Sequence record: NC_018087.3
DNA: 64,000 nt
Strand: one strand, 5' to 3'
Origin: Acinetobacter phage ZZ1
Shown: positions 10,065-18,779 of the stretch, one piece after another
Numbering within the stretch: the first letter of the stretch is position 1
Layout of the letters: every line of letters begins with the position of its first letter
Notes under the pieces: model-generated
The model's database searches: none
What the model saw: the letters and a program-made list of their open reading frames with translations, nothing else
What the model was told of the DNA's origin: nothing
Made by a program: the position numbers and the translations under genes

Positions 10065-11183
10065 TTAATAAATGATACCAACTTCAAATGCAGATCGATG
10101 AATAATTCGACCATTACGAGATTCTTGAACATCAACTTCAGGGAAGTCTTCTAACATTTTTGCAAGAACCGCTAAATGGCAGTAATAGGGCGAATCCTCT
10201 TTTGTAGCGGATTTCCAATCTTTACCTTCTTTGGTTAATTTTTCGATGGCATCCATTACCCACCATCCAGTCCAAATATACGCAGAATTACGTTGTGGCA
10301 AAGGATGAACATATACTAATGGGCATTCTTCAGGAACTTCAATTGTTTTAACTGAAATAGCCAATTCATTAGAAGTTACGGTAACAGAATCATAATCAGT
10401 AGCAGAAACAGCAACAGTTAATTTTACAGTTTCAGTGCCAGCTTCCGTAGGTGTTTTTGTTAAAGTATTTCCCGTAGAATTATCAGACCATTTATACTCA
10501 ACAGTTGCACCTTCTGGTATCCCATTCACTGCAGATGTTATTGTATATGATTCGCCTAATTTAATAACTGGCGTTTCAGTTGCAATAACAACCGTTGGAG
10601 ACATAGTTTTATTTTTAATAGTAATTTGAACAGCATTTGATGTAGCTATGCCATCTTGATAGTTTGGTGCTTTAACGGTAACTTTACAAGTATATGATGT
10701 TTGGCTATTTTTAGCAGCTATAAGTGCAATACTTTTGGTTTTATTTGTGCTAGCACTACCCCAATCATAATCAATAGTAGCACCTTCTGGCGCCCCAGTA
10801 ACTTCACATGTTAAAGTATATTGATCGCCAATTGTAACGAGTTCTTTATCCGTAGTAAGAAGAACTGTTAAATTCATAACGTTGTCTTCAACAGTTAAAG
10901 TAACAGTGTCTTCGGCTATTGAATCTTCAGTATCTTGAGCCTTTGTTGTTGCTATTACCTTAACAGAATATGTTCCTGCTTTTGCGGGCTTATACGTCAT
11001 TGTTGATGCGGTTGAATCTTGTGCAGCACCATCTACAGTCCAAACATATGTTGTAATAGCATCAGGAATTTCTTCGGTACCACTGACTGTTGCAGTGAAT
11101 AACTGCGATTTTCCTGTTGCAATTGATGCAGCGACTGGCGTAATTTTTACTGTTGTTGCCATTATTCTAGGCTCCGTTGTCAT
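10065..11183 (-). CDS. hoc: Hoc-like outer capsid decoration protein with tandem Ig-like domains.
   Basis: 372 aa. It has three roughly 90-aa T/S/V-rich beta-sandwich-like repeats (TYSVKVIAT.., TYTCKVTVKA.., TVKLTVAVSA..) and a distinct C-terminal domain. Size and position match T4 hoc. Confidence 0.7.
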   Translation of the reverse strand: MTTEPRIMATTVKITPVAASIATGKSQLFTATVSGTEEIPDAITTYVWTVDGAAQDSTASTMTYKPAKAGTYSVKVIATTKAQDTEDSIAEDTVTLTVEDNVMNLTVLLTTDKELVTIGDQYTLTCEVTGAPEGATIDYDWGSASTNKTKSIALIAAKNSQTSYTCKVTVKAPNYQDGIATSNAVQITIKNKTMSPTVVIATETPVIKLGESYTITSAVNGIPEGATVEYKWSDNSTGNTLTKTPTEAGTETVKLTVAVSATDYDSVTVTSNELAISVKTIEVPEECPLVYVHPLPQRNSAYIWTGWWVMDAIEKLTKEGKDWKSATKEDSPYYCHLAVLAKMLEDFPEVDVQESRNGRIIHRSAFEVGIIY

Positions 11184-11239
11184 TGTGAATGATTTTTCTA
11201 ATGTTAGTTCTTGATTGACGTAATCAGGATGAGATAATT

Positions 11240-11470
11240 TTATACACCTTTAATTGTGTGTTTACCAGGATGAGTAGCCGGTATAGCTAATTCATTTTCT
11301 TTAATAGATTCAACAATATTATTATCCAAATACCATATAGGCTTATGGATAGTTAATTCATCGGAATTTTCTATTAAATCAAGTCCAGTTATATTATGTA
11401 CAGCAGTTAATAACTCACCCCAAGGCGATAACTTTATCATTAAGATATACTGGAACTTCCGGTATATCAT
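11240..11470 (-). CDS. Hypothetical small protein.
   Basis: 76-aa ORF only. Confidence 0.25.
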   Translation of the reverse strand: MIYRKFQYILMIKLSPWGELLTAVHNITGLDLIENSDELTIHKPIWYLDNNIVESIKENELAIPATHPGKHTIKGV

Positions 11471-11519
11471 GCACTATGATTTTACTAAATGCCATTATAA
11501 CCTCTTATAATGTGAAATT

Positions 11520-11536
11520 GGGACCGAGAAGGTCCC
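11520..11536. other. GGGACC-gaga-aGGTCCC hairpin in an intergenic region.
   Basis: Read directly. Confidence 0.35.
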
Positions 11537-11541
11537 ATTTG

Positions 11542-12255
11542 TTATGATAACACAACAAAACTTGAATTTCGTGTTTCACGAATACGGACATAACCGTCGC
11601 GTTTAATATAATAAATTAAACTATATATTGTGTCATACCCATATGCATGAGGGAATGACGTTGGATTTGACATCCAATTTGGGTTTTGAACGATCCAATC
11701 ATAAATCCAAAACGGTAAAGTCACATACGAATGTTGACCATGACCAAGCATTAATAATGTTGGAGAAAAGTTTTTAGGTAATGAATCTAAAACACTTTTG
11801 CGTTCTTCAAGAGCATCAGTTAATTTTTCAGTAAAATCTTCAGGTAATGAAGATTGATCAAGAGATGTCATTTGGGGTTGATTAAAAGCTTCTGCTAAAT
11901 CTTCATGTGTTAAACCTTTATCTGGTTTAATCTCTGACTGGTTTTCAATAACTTTAATATCTTCAACAATTGGGGAATCAACTAAAAGTTCAGGTTCTTC
12001 TTTAAACTCGCCCTGTAATGTACCATCAACACTGGCTTGAATCATATCTGCAATTGATATACCTTCATTATCTTCAGGCATTGGCTCATTTGCTAGTTCT
12101 TCTAATTGAGCTTCAATATCAGCAACCATCTTATCAAAAGATTGGTTTTTCTTAACAGTAATATTAAAGGTTTTAGCATATTCAACTAAAGCTACTTTTG
12201 ATGCTTTTAAATCTTCAATTTCACGCAATTCATTAATATAATTAACATCTATCAT
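11542..12255 (-). CDS. Hypothetical protein, possibly an Inh-like prohead-protease inhibitor. The call rests on position and size only.
   Basis: 237 aa, against 226 aa for T4 Inh. It lies between hoc and uvsW as inh does in T4, and has an acidic N-terminal half. I could not recognise direct sequence similarity. Confidence 0.3.
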   Translation of the reverse strand: MIDVNYINELREIEDLKASKVALVEYAKTFNITVKKNQSFDKMVADIEAQLEELANEPMPEDNEGISIADMIQASVDGTLQGEFKEEPELLVDSPIVEDIKVIENQSEIKPDKGLTHEDLAEAFNQPQMTSLDQSSLPEDFTEKLTDALEERKSVLDSLPKNFSPTLLMLGHGQHSYVTLPFWIYDWIVQNPNWMSNPTSFPHAYGYDTIYSLIYYIKRDGYVRIRETRNSSFVVLS

Positions 12256-12324
12256 AAGATTTCCTCTATGAGTTTTATTTTATTTAGCTAAATACATTTA
12301 TACTTTTATAATGAGCAATGTGCC

Positions 12325-13827
12325 ATGACTGATATTAAAATTGAATTTTACAATTATAGTCATGTGAGAATTATTGCTAAACAATCGATTTTTAGAGAGC
12401 TTCGCGATTATTTTTCATACTTCGCAGACGGATACCAATTTCATCCAAAATATGTATATGGTGATTGGGACGGAAAAATTAAGCTAATGGAACCAAATGG
12501 TTTATTGCCTTTTGGCCTCGTTAATCAAGTGGTAAAATTCTCACAAAATAATATGATGACTATCAGCATCCATCCGGATGTATCACATATAAATGATCTA
12601 GATAAAGAAGTATTTATGAATTGGATAGATTCTAAAAAATATTTTTCTGGGCCGGATGAAATTTATCCACATTGGTATCAAATTGAAGCTGTTTACCAAT
12701 CATTGGTTAATAAAAGACGTATTTTAAATTTACCTACTTCTGCTGGTAAATCACTTATTCAGGCATTATTGACAAAATATACTTTAGAACACTCCGATCG
12801 ATCTGTATTAATTATTGTACCTACGACCGCATTAGTAACTCAAATGAAAGATGATTTTGTAGATTATCGTTTATTTGAACCAGAAGAAATTGCAGAAGTG
12901 CGTTCAGGTTCAAAAATGAAACATCAACGAGTTGTTGTATCGACTTGGCAAAGTGCTGTTAAAAAACCTGCAGATTGGTTTAATCAATTTGGGATGCTAT
13001 TACTTGATGAAATGCATTTAGCAATTGGAACATCAATTTCTTCTATTATTAAAAAATTAGCATATTGCGAATATAAAATCGGCCTATCAGGTTCATTGCG
13101 TGATGGCAAAGCTAATTTAATGCAATATGTTGGTTTATTTGGAGAAATTTATTGCCCGGTTACTACTAAACAATTAATGGATACGGGACAAGTCTCACAA
13201 CTTAAAATCAATGCGTTATTCTTAAAATATCCTGAACGGTTTTCAAATGCTATTGCTTCTTTAGATTATAAAGAGGAAATTAAAGTCATTACAAATTCGG
13301 CTAGACGCACACAGTGGGTGGCCGGCCTTTCTACAAAATTGGCAAGTAGAAATGAAAATGTATTTGTAATGTTTAAGCATGTTGAACATGGTAAACGAAT
13401 TTATGATGAAATTAAATCATTAGGCTATGAACATGTTTATTATGTATCTGGTGAAATTTCAACAGAGCAAAGGACATTTTTTAAAAAATTAGCGGAAGAA
13501 AATGCAGGTGTAATTATTGTTGCATCATATGGTGTATTTTCAACAGGAATTTCAGTTAAAAATTTGCATCATGTAATTTTTGCACATCCCGTAAAATCTA
13601 AAGTAATTGTTCTTCAAACTGTTGGACGGGTACTAAGAAAACACAAGTCTAAGTCTCTTGCACAGATTTGGGACTTGATCGATGATTCATCCATGACTGT
13701 TGAGAGTCATGGAATGAAGAGACGTAAAAACGTCAACTATGCATTAAAACATGGCATTGAGAGAATTGAGAGATATGGTATCGAACAATTTGATTATGTC
13801 ATGAAAAATGTGAACTTTCTTGAATAA
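12325..13827 (+). CDS. uvsW: UvsW RNA-DNA and DNA-DNA helicase.
   Basis: 500 aa. It is collinear with T4 UvsW throughout (PHWYQ..AV, RRILNLPTSAGKSLIQALL, IIVPTTAL.TQM.DDFVDYRLF, GLSGSLRDGKANLMQYVG, FVMFKHV.HGK, IIVASYGVFSTGISVKNLHHV, IVLQT.GRVLRKH). Confidence 0.95.
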   Translation: MTDIKIEFYNYSHVRIIAKQSIFRELRDYFSYFADGYQFHPKYVYGDWDGKIKLMEPNGLLPFGLVNQVVKFSQNNMMTISIHPDVSHINDLDKEVFMNWIDSKKYFSGPDEIYPHWYQIEAVYQSLVNKRRILNLPTSAGKSLIQALLTKYTLEHSDRSVLIIVPTTALVTQMKDDFVDYRLFEPEEIAEVRSGSKMKHQRVVVSTWQSAVKKPADWFNQFGMLLLDEMHLAIGTSISSIIKKLAYCEYKIGLSGSLRDGKANLMQYVGLFGEIYCPVTTKQLMDTGQVSQLKINALFLKYPERFSNAIASLDYKEEIKVITNSARRTQWVAGLSTKLASRNENVFVMFKHVEHGKRIYDEIKSLGYEHVYYVSGEISTEQRTFFKKLAEENAGVIIVASYGVFSTGISVKNLHHVIFAHPVKSKVIVLQTVGRVLRKHKSKSLAQIWDLIDDSSMTVESHGMKRRKNVNYALKHGIERIERYGIEQFDYVMKNVNFLE

Positions 13828-13828
13828 C

Positions 13829-13856
13829 AAAAAGGAGCCGTTAGGCTCCTTTTTTA
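13829..13856. terminator. Bidirectional terminator after uvsW.
   Basis: GGAGCC-gtta-GGCTCC hairpin followed by TTTTTTAT. Confidence 0.7.
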
Positions 13857-14174
13857 TACATATTCCTTTTCATCAACATAAAATTCAATGTATTTTTCAA
13901 CATCTTTAGAAGTTGCATATGCTATTACAACACCGTGCTTAAAGTCAAGTTCTTTGACTAAAAGACGTTCATGCCAAGGATCAACGGCCCAACCAAATGG
14001 AAATTTACGATATGGACAAACAAAGTGAACATTACGTTCTTCAATTCCGTTAAACATTAAACCGGGTGAACCAACAAATTGAACAACCCAACGTTCAGAC
14101 GTATTACGTACTGTTGGTACGTCACATGTTAATTTTGTAGTTTCTGCACGAAATGAATTAACTTTGTTTGTCAT
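13854..14174 (-). CDS. Hypothetical protein.
   Basis: 106-aa ORF. No similarity recognised. Confidence 0.35.
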   Translation of the reverse strand: MTNKVNSFRAETTKLTCDVPTVRNTSERWVVQFVGSPGLMFNGIEERNVHFVCPYRKFPFGWAVDPWHERLLVKELDFKHGVVIAYATSKDVEKYIEFYVDEKEYV

Positions 14175-14197
14175 ATCAATTTTCTCACTTTTAAAAT

Positions 14198-14488
14198 TTA
14201 GGAAAGTTGTTCATCACATTCTTCGCAGACTGTCATTTCTGCAATTTGATTGTGAACACGTGTATCAGGAGAGCACCAACAATCACAGTTTTCACACAAG
14301 AATGTGTATGTTTCTAAGGTGTCATTGTAAATTACAGAGTCTCGTAAATCTGTATCAAGCCCTAACTCTGTCAAAACACGTTTATGTGTTCGACCAAAGT
14401 CATCACTACAACCTTCAAGTTCATCACGAATTTGTTCAAATTGTTCTTCAGTTGGTTGAATTAGATTTTCCATCATGTGCCTCATCAA
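14198..14488 (-). CDS. Hypothetical acidic protein with a C-terminal Cys cluster (CxxC..C..CxxC), a zinc-ribbon-like motif.
   Basis: 96-aa ORF. The C-terminus reads CENCDCWCSPDTRVHNQIAEMTVCEECDEQ. Confidence 0.4.
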   Translation of the reverse strand: MMRHMMENLIQPTEEQFEQIRDELEGCSDDFGRTHKRVLTELGLDTDLRDSVIYNDTLETYTFLCENCDCWCSPDTRVHNQIAEMTVCEECDEQLS

Positions 14489-14675
14489 TAGCTTCTAATA
14501 AAGTGCTCAACTTATTTGTGCTTAAAGTTGTATGGCCATTTAATGACGGATGACCTTCATATGTTACCATTTTAGATGTGCACCCACATGCGCATGGTGT
14601 AAGAAGAGTTAGAATTTGATATCCGCGGTAAAACAATTCACCTGTCGGTGAAACTTTCATTGTAACTGTACGCAT
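14448..14675 (-). CDS. Hypothetical protein with a CACGC motif.
   Basis: 75-aa ORF. Its stop overlaps the start region of the next ORF in another frame. Confidence 0.35.
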   Translation of the reverse strand: MRTVTMKVSPTGELFYRGYQILTLLTPCACGCTSKMVTYEGHPSLNGHTTLSTNKLSTLLEAIDEAHDGKSNSTN

Positions 14676-14745
14676 TTTAACTCCGGTACATTTAGTCGAT
14701 AGAAGAATAATATCATCATTTAATTAAGATGTAAACCTTCAAATA

Positions 14746-14778
14746 TGAAAAAGCCACAATTAAGTGGCTTTCTTTTTA
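14746..14778. terminator. Bidirectional terminator with stem AAGCCAC/GTGGCTT.
   Basis: The hairpin is flanked by an A-run and TCTTTTT. Confidence 0.65.
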
Positions 14779-14938
14779 ACATCTGTATTTTTACAGCATG
14801 GTACGAAATGTGAAATGTATACACCCTGATCATGACAAGGACAATCACAGTGTTTAAGTTCTTCTTGAATACGGGCATTGCGCTTTTTGAAAAATACAGG
14901 CGCAATTATTGATAAGATTTGAACTACTGGAATAGCCA
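14762..14938 (-). CDS. Unlisted small protein of 59 aa with an N-terminal hydrophobic segment and a Cys-rich tail (CDCPCH..CC).
   Basis: Translated by hand as MAIPVVQILSIIAPVFFKKRNARIQEELKHCDCPCHDQGVYISHFVPCCKNTDVKKKAT. Its ATG overlaps the upstream stop (TAATG) and its stop lies in the terminator stem. Confidence 0.4.
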
Positions 14939-15107
14939 TTATAATAACAACTCCGTTTCAGCTAAAATATTATCTTGCTCGCTTTCAGAAAAAGGCATTT
15001 CAGTTACATGTTGATAACAATGGCCAGGATGAACCGGACCATACTCGGTTTCAATTACTAATGCATCGTCAATTGGGGCCTTACACACGGCACAAATACG
15101 TTGCTCC
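14937..15107 (-). CDS. Unlisted small protein of 56 aa with putative zinc-binding residues (CAVC...HPGHC).
   Basis: Translated by hand as MEQRICAVCKAPIDDALVIETEYGPVHPGHCYQHVTEMPFSESEQDNILAETELLL. A strong RBS (TAGGAGA) sits 5 nt upstream of the ATG. Confidence 0.45.
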
Positions 15108-15160
15108 ATATTATTCTCCTAATTAAGCACCGATGGTGCTGTGGCTACGCCACAAAATAT

Positions 15161-15168
15161 TATTTATA
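15161..15168 (-). promoter_or_regulatory. Late-promoter core TATAAATA on the - strand upstream of the small Cys-protein pair.
   Basis: The + strand reads TATTTATA at 15161-15168. Two small hairpins (gcacc-gat-ggtgc and gtggc-tac-gccac) follow at 15127-15153. Confidence 0.4.
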
Positions 15169-15331
15169 AAATTATTTCCTTTATATATTAGATAAATTAG
15201 ATACGCTTCTATATTCTATCCCCTAGATATATCCCAATGGCGCAGCCCGCATTATACAAGTATGTTATCATAAAATAAAAGAAAAGCAAATTAATGCTAT
15301 ATAAATAGCATTCTGACTGATCGGAAATTGA

Positions 15332-15727
15332 TCAACGTCCAGCGCCAGATAATTGTAATTTCAATTGTTCTAGTGTATCAGGATTATCTAGGATACTGAA
15401 TAAGACTGTTACGATAATCGCATTGGCATCATATTGTGCTTGCACATCAACTGAAAGTCTAACAACCCTTGGTTCATATCGTCTAATTGCCGATGTAATA
15501 CTTTTTTCAATAGTATTGGCTGTTAAAGGTGTCATATTTTCAAATAAGCTATCACCAATATCACATCCGAATTCTGGATCAAATGGTTTCGATCCTTTAG
15601 GTGTAGTAATAATTCCAACTAAAGAATTTTTAACCGCTCGGGCCCCGACTGAAGATGACATGTCTCTATTCCATGCCATCTTCATATCGGGTGATATGTC
15701 TTTATACATATCATTAATATTTTGCAT
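15332..15727 (-). CDS. 25: Baseplate wedge subunit gp25.
   Basis: 131 aa, against 132 aa in T4. Strong identity (GIITT.KGS.PFDPEFGCD, LFENMTPLTA, IDNPD..EQ.KLQL). Confidence 0.95.
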   Translation of the reverse strand: MQNINDMYKDISPDMKMAWNRDMSSSVGARAVKNSLVGIITTPKGSKPFDPEFGCDIGDSLFENMTPLTANTIEKSITSAIRRYEPRVVRLSVDVQAQYDANAIIVTVLFSILDNPDTLEQLKLQLSGAGR

Positions 15728-16371
15728 TATAAAATCTCCATAAAGCTCTTAAACCCTTTTATAATATGAACATGTGATTTGCCACATGATTTACATTTAA
15801 TTGGTACGGGTAAAACCGGTTTTGGTGTCAATAAAATATTTTTAATTTTTTGAAGATGATCTTCTGTTAATAATTCATATAAATCATTTAATTCAGTGTC
15901 ATTTAAATCTTCAATATTAATACGTTCTGTACCAATATAAATTGCCTCTATGCATTCAACAATCATTTTGGTAATATTATCATCAGCCCAAAGCTTTGGC
16001 CAACGTAGTTTTAATTTAAATTTATCGATTGGATATAATTCTTCAATTGATACATCATTATAATCAATATAAGTATGGCTAACATTTAATTTAACACTTT
16101 GTGTATGTCCACATTCGCATGTATAATCTTGCTGAACAATATCTTCATGTTCTGATGCTGCTATTAACATAATCAAAATTAATTCGGCTTGATGTTTTTC
16201 ATTGTGCGTATACGATGTATTGTTCATTAAAATATCGGAATATGCTTTTTTCAATAATTCGGAATCTGCATTTAGTTTTGCCAAATTTAATGCAGTATGT
16301 TCTCTCAATGTATAAGTTTTAGCGTTAACAGATTCGGTATCAAGATTGATCGATAATTTTTTTTCAAACAT
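15727..16371 (-). CDS. 26: Baseplate hub subunit gp26.
   Basis: 214 aa, against 208 aa in T4, with synteny upstream of 25 and overlapping start/stop. Confidence 0.75.
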   Translation of the reverse strand: MFEKKLSINLDTESVNAKTYTLREHTALNLAKLNADSELLKKAYSDILMNNTSYTHNEKHQAELILIMLIAASEHEDIVQQDYTCECGHTQSVKLNVSHTYIDYNDVSIEELYPIDKFKLKLRWPKLWADDNITKMIVECIEAIYIGTERINIEDLNDTELNDLYELLTEDHLQKIKNILLTPKPVLPVPIKCKSCGKSHVHIIKGFKSFMEIL

Positions 16372-16405
16372 GGTAATGTTCTGCCTATAAATGGGTATAT
16401 ATCTC

Positions 16406-16417
16406 TATTTATAAATA
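16406..16417. promoter_or_regulatory. Overlapping divergent late-promoter cores (TATTTATAAATA) between gene 26 (-) and gene 51 (+).
   Basis: TATAAATA at 16410-16417 on +. Its reverse complement is at 16406-16413, for the - strand. There is also a 7/8 match at 16386-16393. Confidence 0.5.
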
Positions 16418-16438
16418 TTTTAATAAACGGAGACCTCT

Positions 16439-17193
16439 ATGGCTAATATTATTAGATGTAAATTACCAGACGGCGTTCATCGTTTCAAACCATTTACTGT
16501 TGCTGATTACCGTGACTTTTTACTGGTTAGAAATGATATGGTCAGTAAAGACGAAGAAGAACAAGAAGTTTTGGTGAATGAGCTTGCTGCAGATTATTTT
16601 GGTGAATACCCAGAATCATGGCAGCATTATTTTTTTTTCAAGCCTTTACGGGATCAATTGGTAAAACTAAAATTCCAATTGTATTTGAATGTCCTGTATG
16701 CGGCAAAAAAACAAAGCGATTATTTAATTTGTCTCAGGGACCTTTAGATAACCCTAAAGTACAGTTAAATGACGATACTTATATTTCATTTAAATTTCCA
16801 GAAAATTTAGAAGACGAACCAAGTCAATTGATATTAAAAAATGTAGATAAAATTGAATATCAAGGTTCTACTTATAATTGGATGGAATTATCGAAAGAAA
16901 CACAAGATGCAATAATTTCAATGATTAATTTTGAAAAGTTTGAAGCTATTGTTAAAATGTTAAAGCCCCTGCATTTTGAAATGAAATTAAAGTGCTGTGA
17001 AGAACATACCTTGGTTTATGATGATTTATGTTCTATTTTTAAATTATTAATAAATCCTGACGAAGTATTTCCATTTTATGAAATTAATCATATCTTAATT
17101 AAAAATAATTATGATATTAATTCAATTATGGCAATGCTTCCAGCAGAACGTTCAATTGCTTTATCTTTGATTGAAAAGGATAATAAAAAATGA
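16439..17193 (+). CDS. 51: Baseplate hub assembly protein gp51, interrupted by a frame change at a T9 homopolymer. The N-part is in frame 2 to 16747 and the C-part in frame 1 from 16618.
   Basis: The two ORFs (102 and 191 aa) overlap around T9 at 16630-16638. Joined, they give about 250 aa, the size of T4 gp51 (249 aa). The C-part has a CPVCGKK zinc-finger-like motif. Confidence 0.65.
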
Positions 17194-18779
17194 CAGTGCA
17201 ACAAAAACCAGGATATCCTAACGTTAGTATTAAGTTGTATGAAGATTATGATGCTTGGACGGATAATCGATTTGTAGAATTGGCTGCAACATTTACAACA
17301 TTAACAATGCGTGATGGTCTATACGGAAGAAACGAAGGTATCTTGCAATTTTATGATAATAAAAATATGCATATGAAAATGGATGGAGATCAAATTGTTC
17401 AGATTTCATTATCTAATGCAAATTCTAAAGATGTAGTAACTCGATTATATGGTGTTAAAGATAGTTCTGTTTCTGTTGATTCTAAAGGCGATAATATTAT
17501 TGCGTTTAATTTAGCACCCTTACATGTTGTTGAAAATGTGTTATTTAGCAGAGCATTTTTTGCTAATGCTACTGAAACTATTCAAACTATGATCGATTCA
17601 ATTTATCAGAAACGTGCCGAGATTAAGCCTAAAGTAGAAGGTATTAACATTTATGTACCTCGTGTTGCTTGGGTTAATGGTATTACTGAATATATGGATT
17701 ATGTTCGTGAAATTGGTATTTCTGTTGATTCGGAAACACATGCCTTTGTTTGGGAAGATATTTCTGGTATTAATATTACTGATTATAAATTTTTAATTGA
17801 TCAAAAACCTCGCGTTATGGTTGTCGGGGATCAAAAACAAGTCGGTTCTTATGTTCAGCATATGGAATATGGTCTGGCTTATGATTTTACATGGTTAACT
17901 AAAACAAATCGCAATATACGCAACCCTTTAACTGATGTTACAATATATTCACATTCATTTAATGATAAAGAAATTCAGCGTATTTCAATTGGAGAAGGTA
18001 CAAATACTGTTGTTGTATCTCGTTCTGGTGGATATTCTGAAATGACATATCGTAATGGATATGAAGAGGCCTTTAGATTATTAACAATGGCCCAATATGA
18101 TGGTTATGCTACATGCAAATTAGTTGGTGATTTTACTTTAACGCCTGGTGTCAAATTGAATTTCGGCGATCGTAAAAATCAATTCGCTACTGATTTTTAT
18201 ATTGATGAAGTCGTACATGTTATTACAAATAATTCATCAGAGACACATTTATACATGTTTACTAATGGTAAAGACTTAGTTCCTGTTGAAATTGAAAAAA
18301 TTAAAAATGAAATCGAAACTATCACACCGCCTTCAGATACAACACAACCAGAAGCGATGGGTGATAAGAAAGGTGCTCAATGGGATTTAGATAAATTGGC
18401 CGAAGTTGTCACAAGAAATGCTCAAGGACGTAAAGCTACTGGTAAATGTGCATTGTATGTTCGTAAGGCATTACAGGCAGCACAATTGCAAAGTTTCTTT
18501 GCCGGTGGTTTAGGAAATGCAAATGAAATGGCTAAACCTCTTGAAAATATGGGCTGGATTGCTGTTGGTCAAAATGTTAAAAACGTTAAAAAAGGCGATA
18601 TTTCAATATTCATGAAAACTAATACCCCATTAGGTTCACAGTATGGACATATTGCGATCTTTAATGGAAGTCAATGGGTGTCAGATTTTATTCAAAATAG
18701 TGTACAACCTAATTCAAAAGATAACTTAACTTATACAGTTTATAGAGCACGTTATGGTTATAGTGCGGGAGGTAATTAA
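17190..18779 (+). CDS. 27: Baseplate hub subunit gp27 fused to a C-terminal CHAP-like cysteine peptidase domain of about 140 aa.
   Basis: The N-terminal roughly 385 aa are collinear with T4 gp27 (PGYPN.S.KL...YDAW..NRFVELAAT.TTLTMRD.LYGRNEG.LQFYD, SRSG.YSEMTYRNGYEEA.RL.TMAQYDGYA). T4 gp27 ends near this point at 391 aa. Here the frame continues with TGKCALYVRKAL ... YGHIAIFNGSQWVSDF, a Cys...His pattern typical of CHAP/NlpC-P60 amidases. Confidence 0.85.
   Translation: MTVQQKPGYPNVSIKLYEDYDAWTDNRFVELAATFTTLTMRDGLYGRNEGILQFYDNKNMHMKMDGDQIVQISLSNANSKDVVTRLYGVKDSSVSVDSKGDNIIAFNLAPLHVVENVLFSRAFFANATETIQTMIDSIYQKRAEIKPKVEGINIYVPRVAWVNGITEYMDYVREIGISVDSETHAFVWEDISGINITDYKFLIDQKPRVMVVGDQKQVGSYVQHMEYGLAYDFTWLTKTNRNIRNPLTDVTIYSHSFNDKEIQRISIGEGTNTVVVSRSGGYSEMTYRNGYEEAFRLLTMAQYDGYATCKLVGDFTLTPGVKLNFGDRKNQFATDFYIDEVVHVITNNSSETHLYMFTNGKDLVPVEIEKIKNEIETITPPSDTTQPEAMGDKKGAQWDLDKLAEVVTRNAQGRKATGKCALYVRKALQAAQLQSFFAGGLGNANEMAKPLENMGWIAVGQNVKNVKKGDISIFMKTNTPLGSQYGHIAIFNGSQWVSDFIQNSVQPNSKDNLTYTVYRARYGYSAGGN

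Noticed and set aside
14720-14905. Listed 61-aa ORF on the minus strand.
   Set aside because: It reads straight through the bidirectional terminator hairpin (14746-14778) and has a nonsense-like sequence. The real gene here is the overlapping 59-aa ORF in another frame (14762-14938), which stops inside the terminator stem.
15298-15305. Plus-strand TATAAATA inside the gp25-upstream region, antisense to gp25.
   Set aside because: No plus-strand gene lies downstream for more than 1 kb. It is likely a chance AT-rich match, though antisense transcription cannot be excluded.
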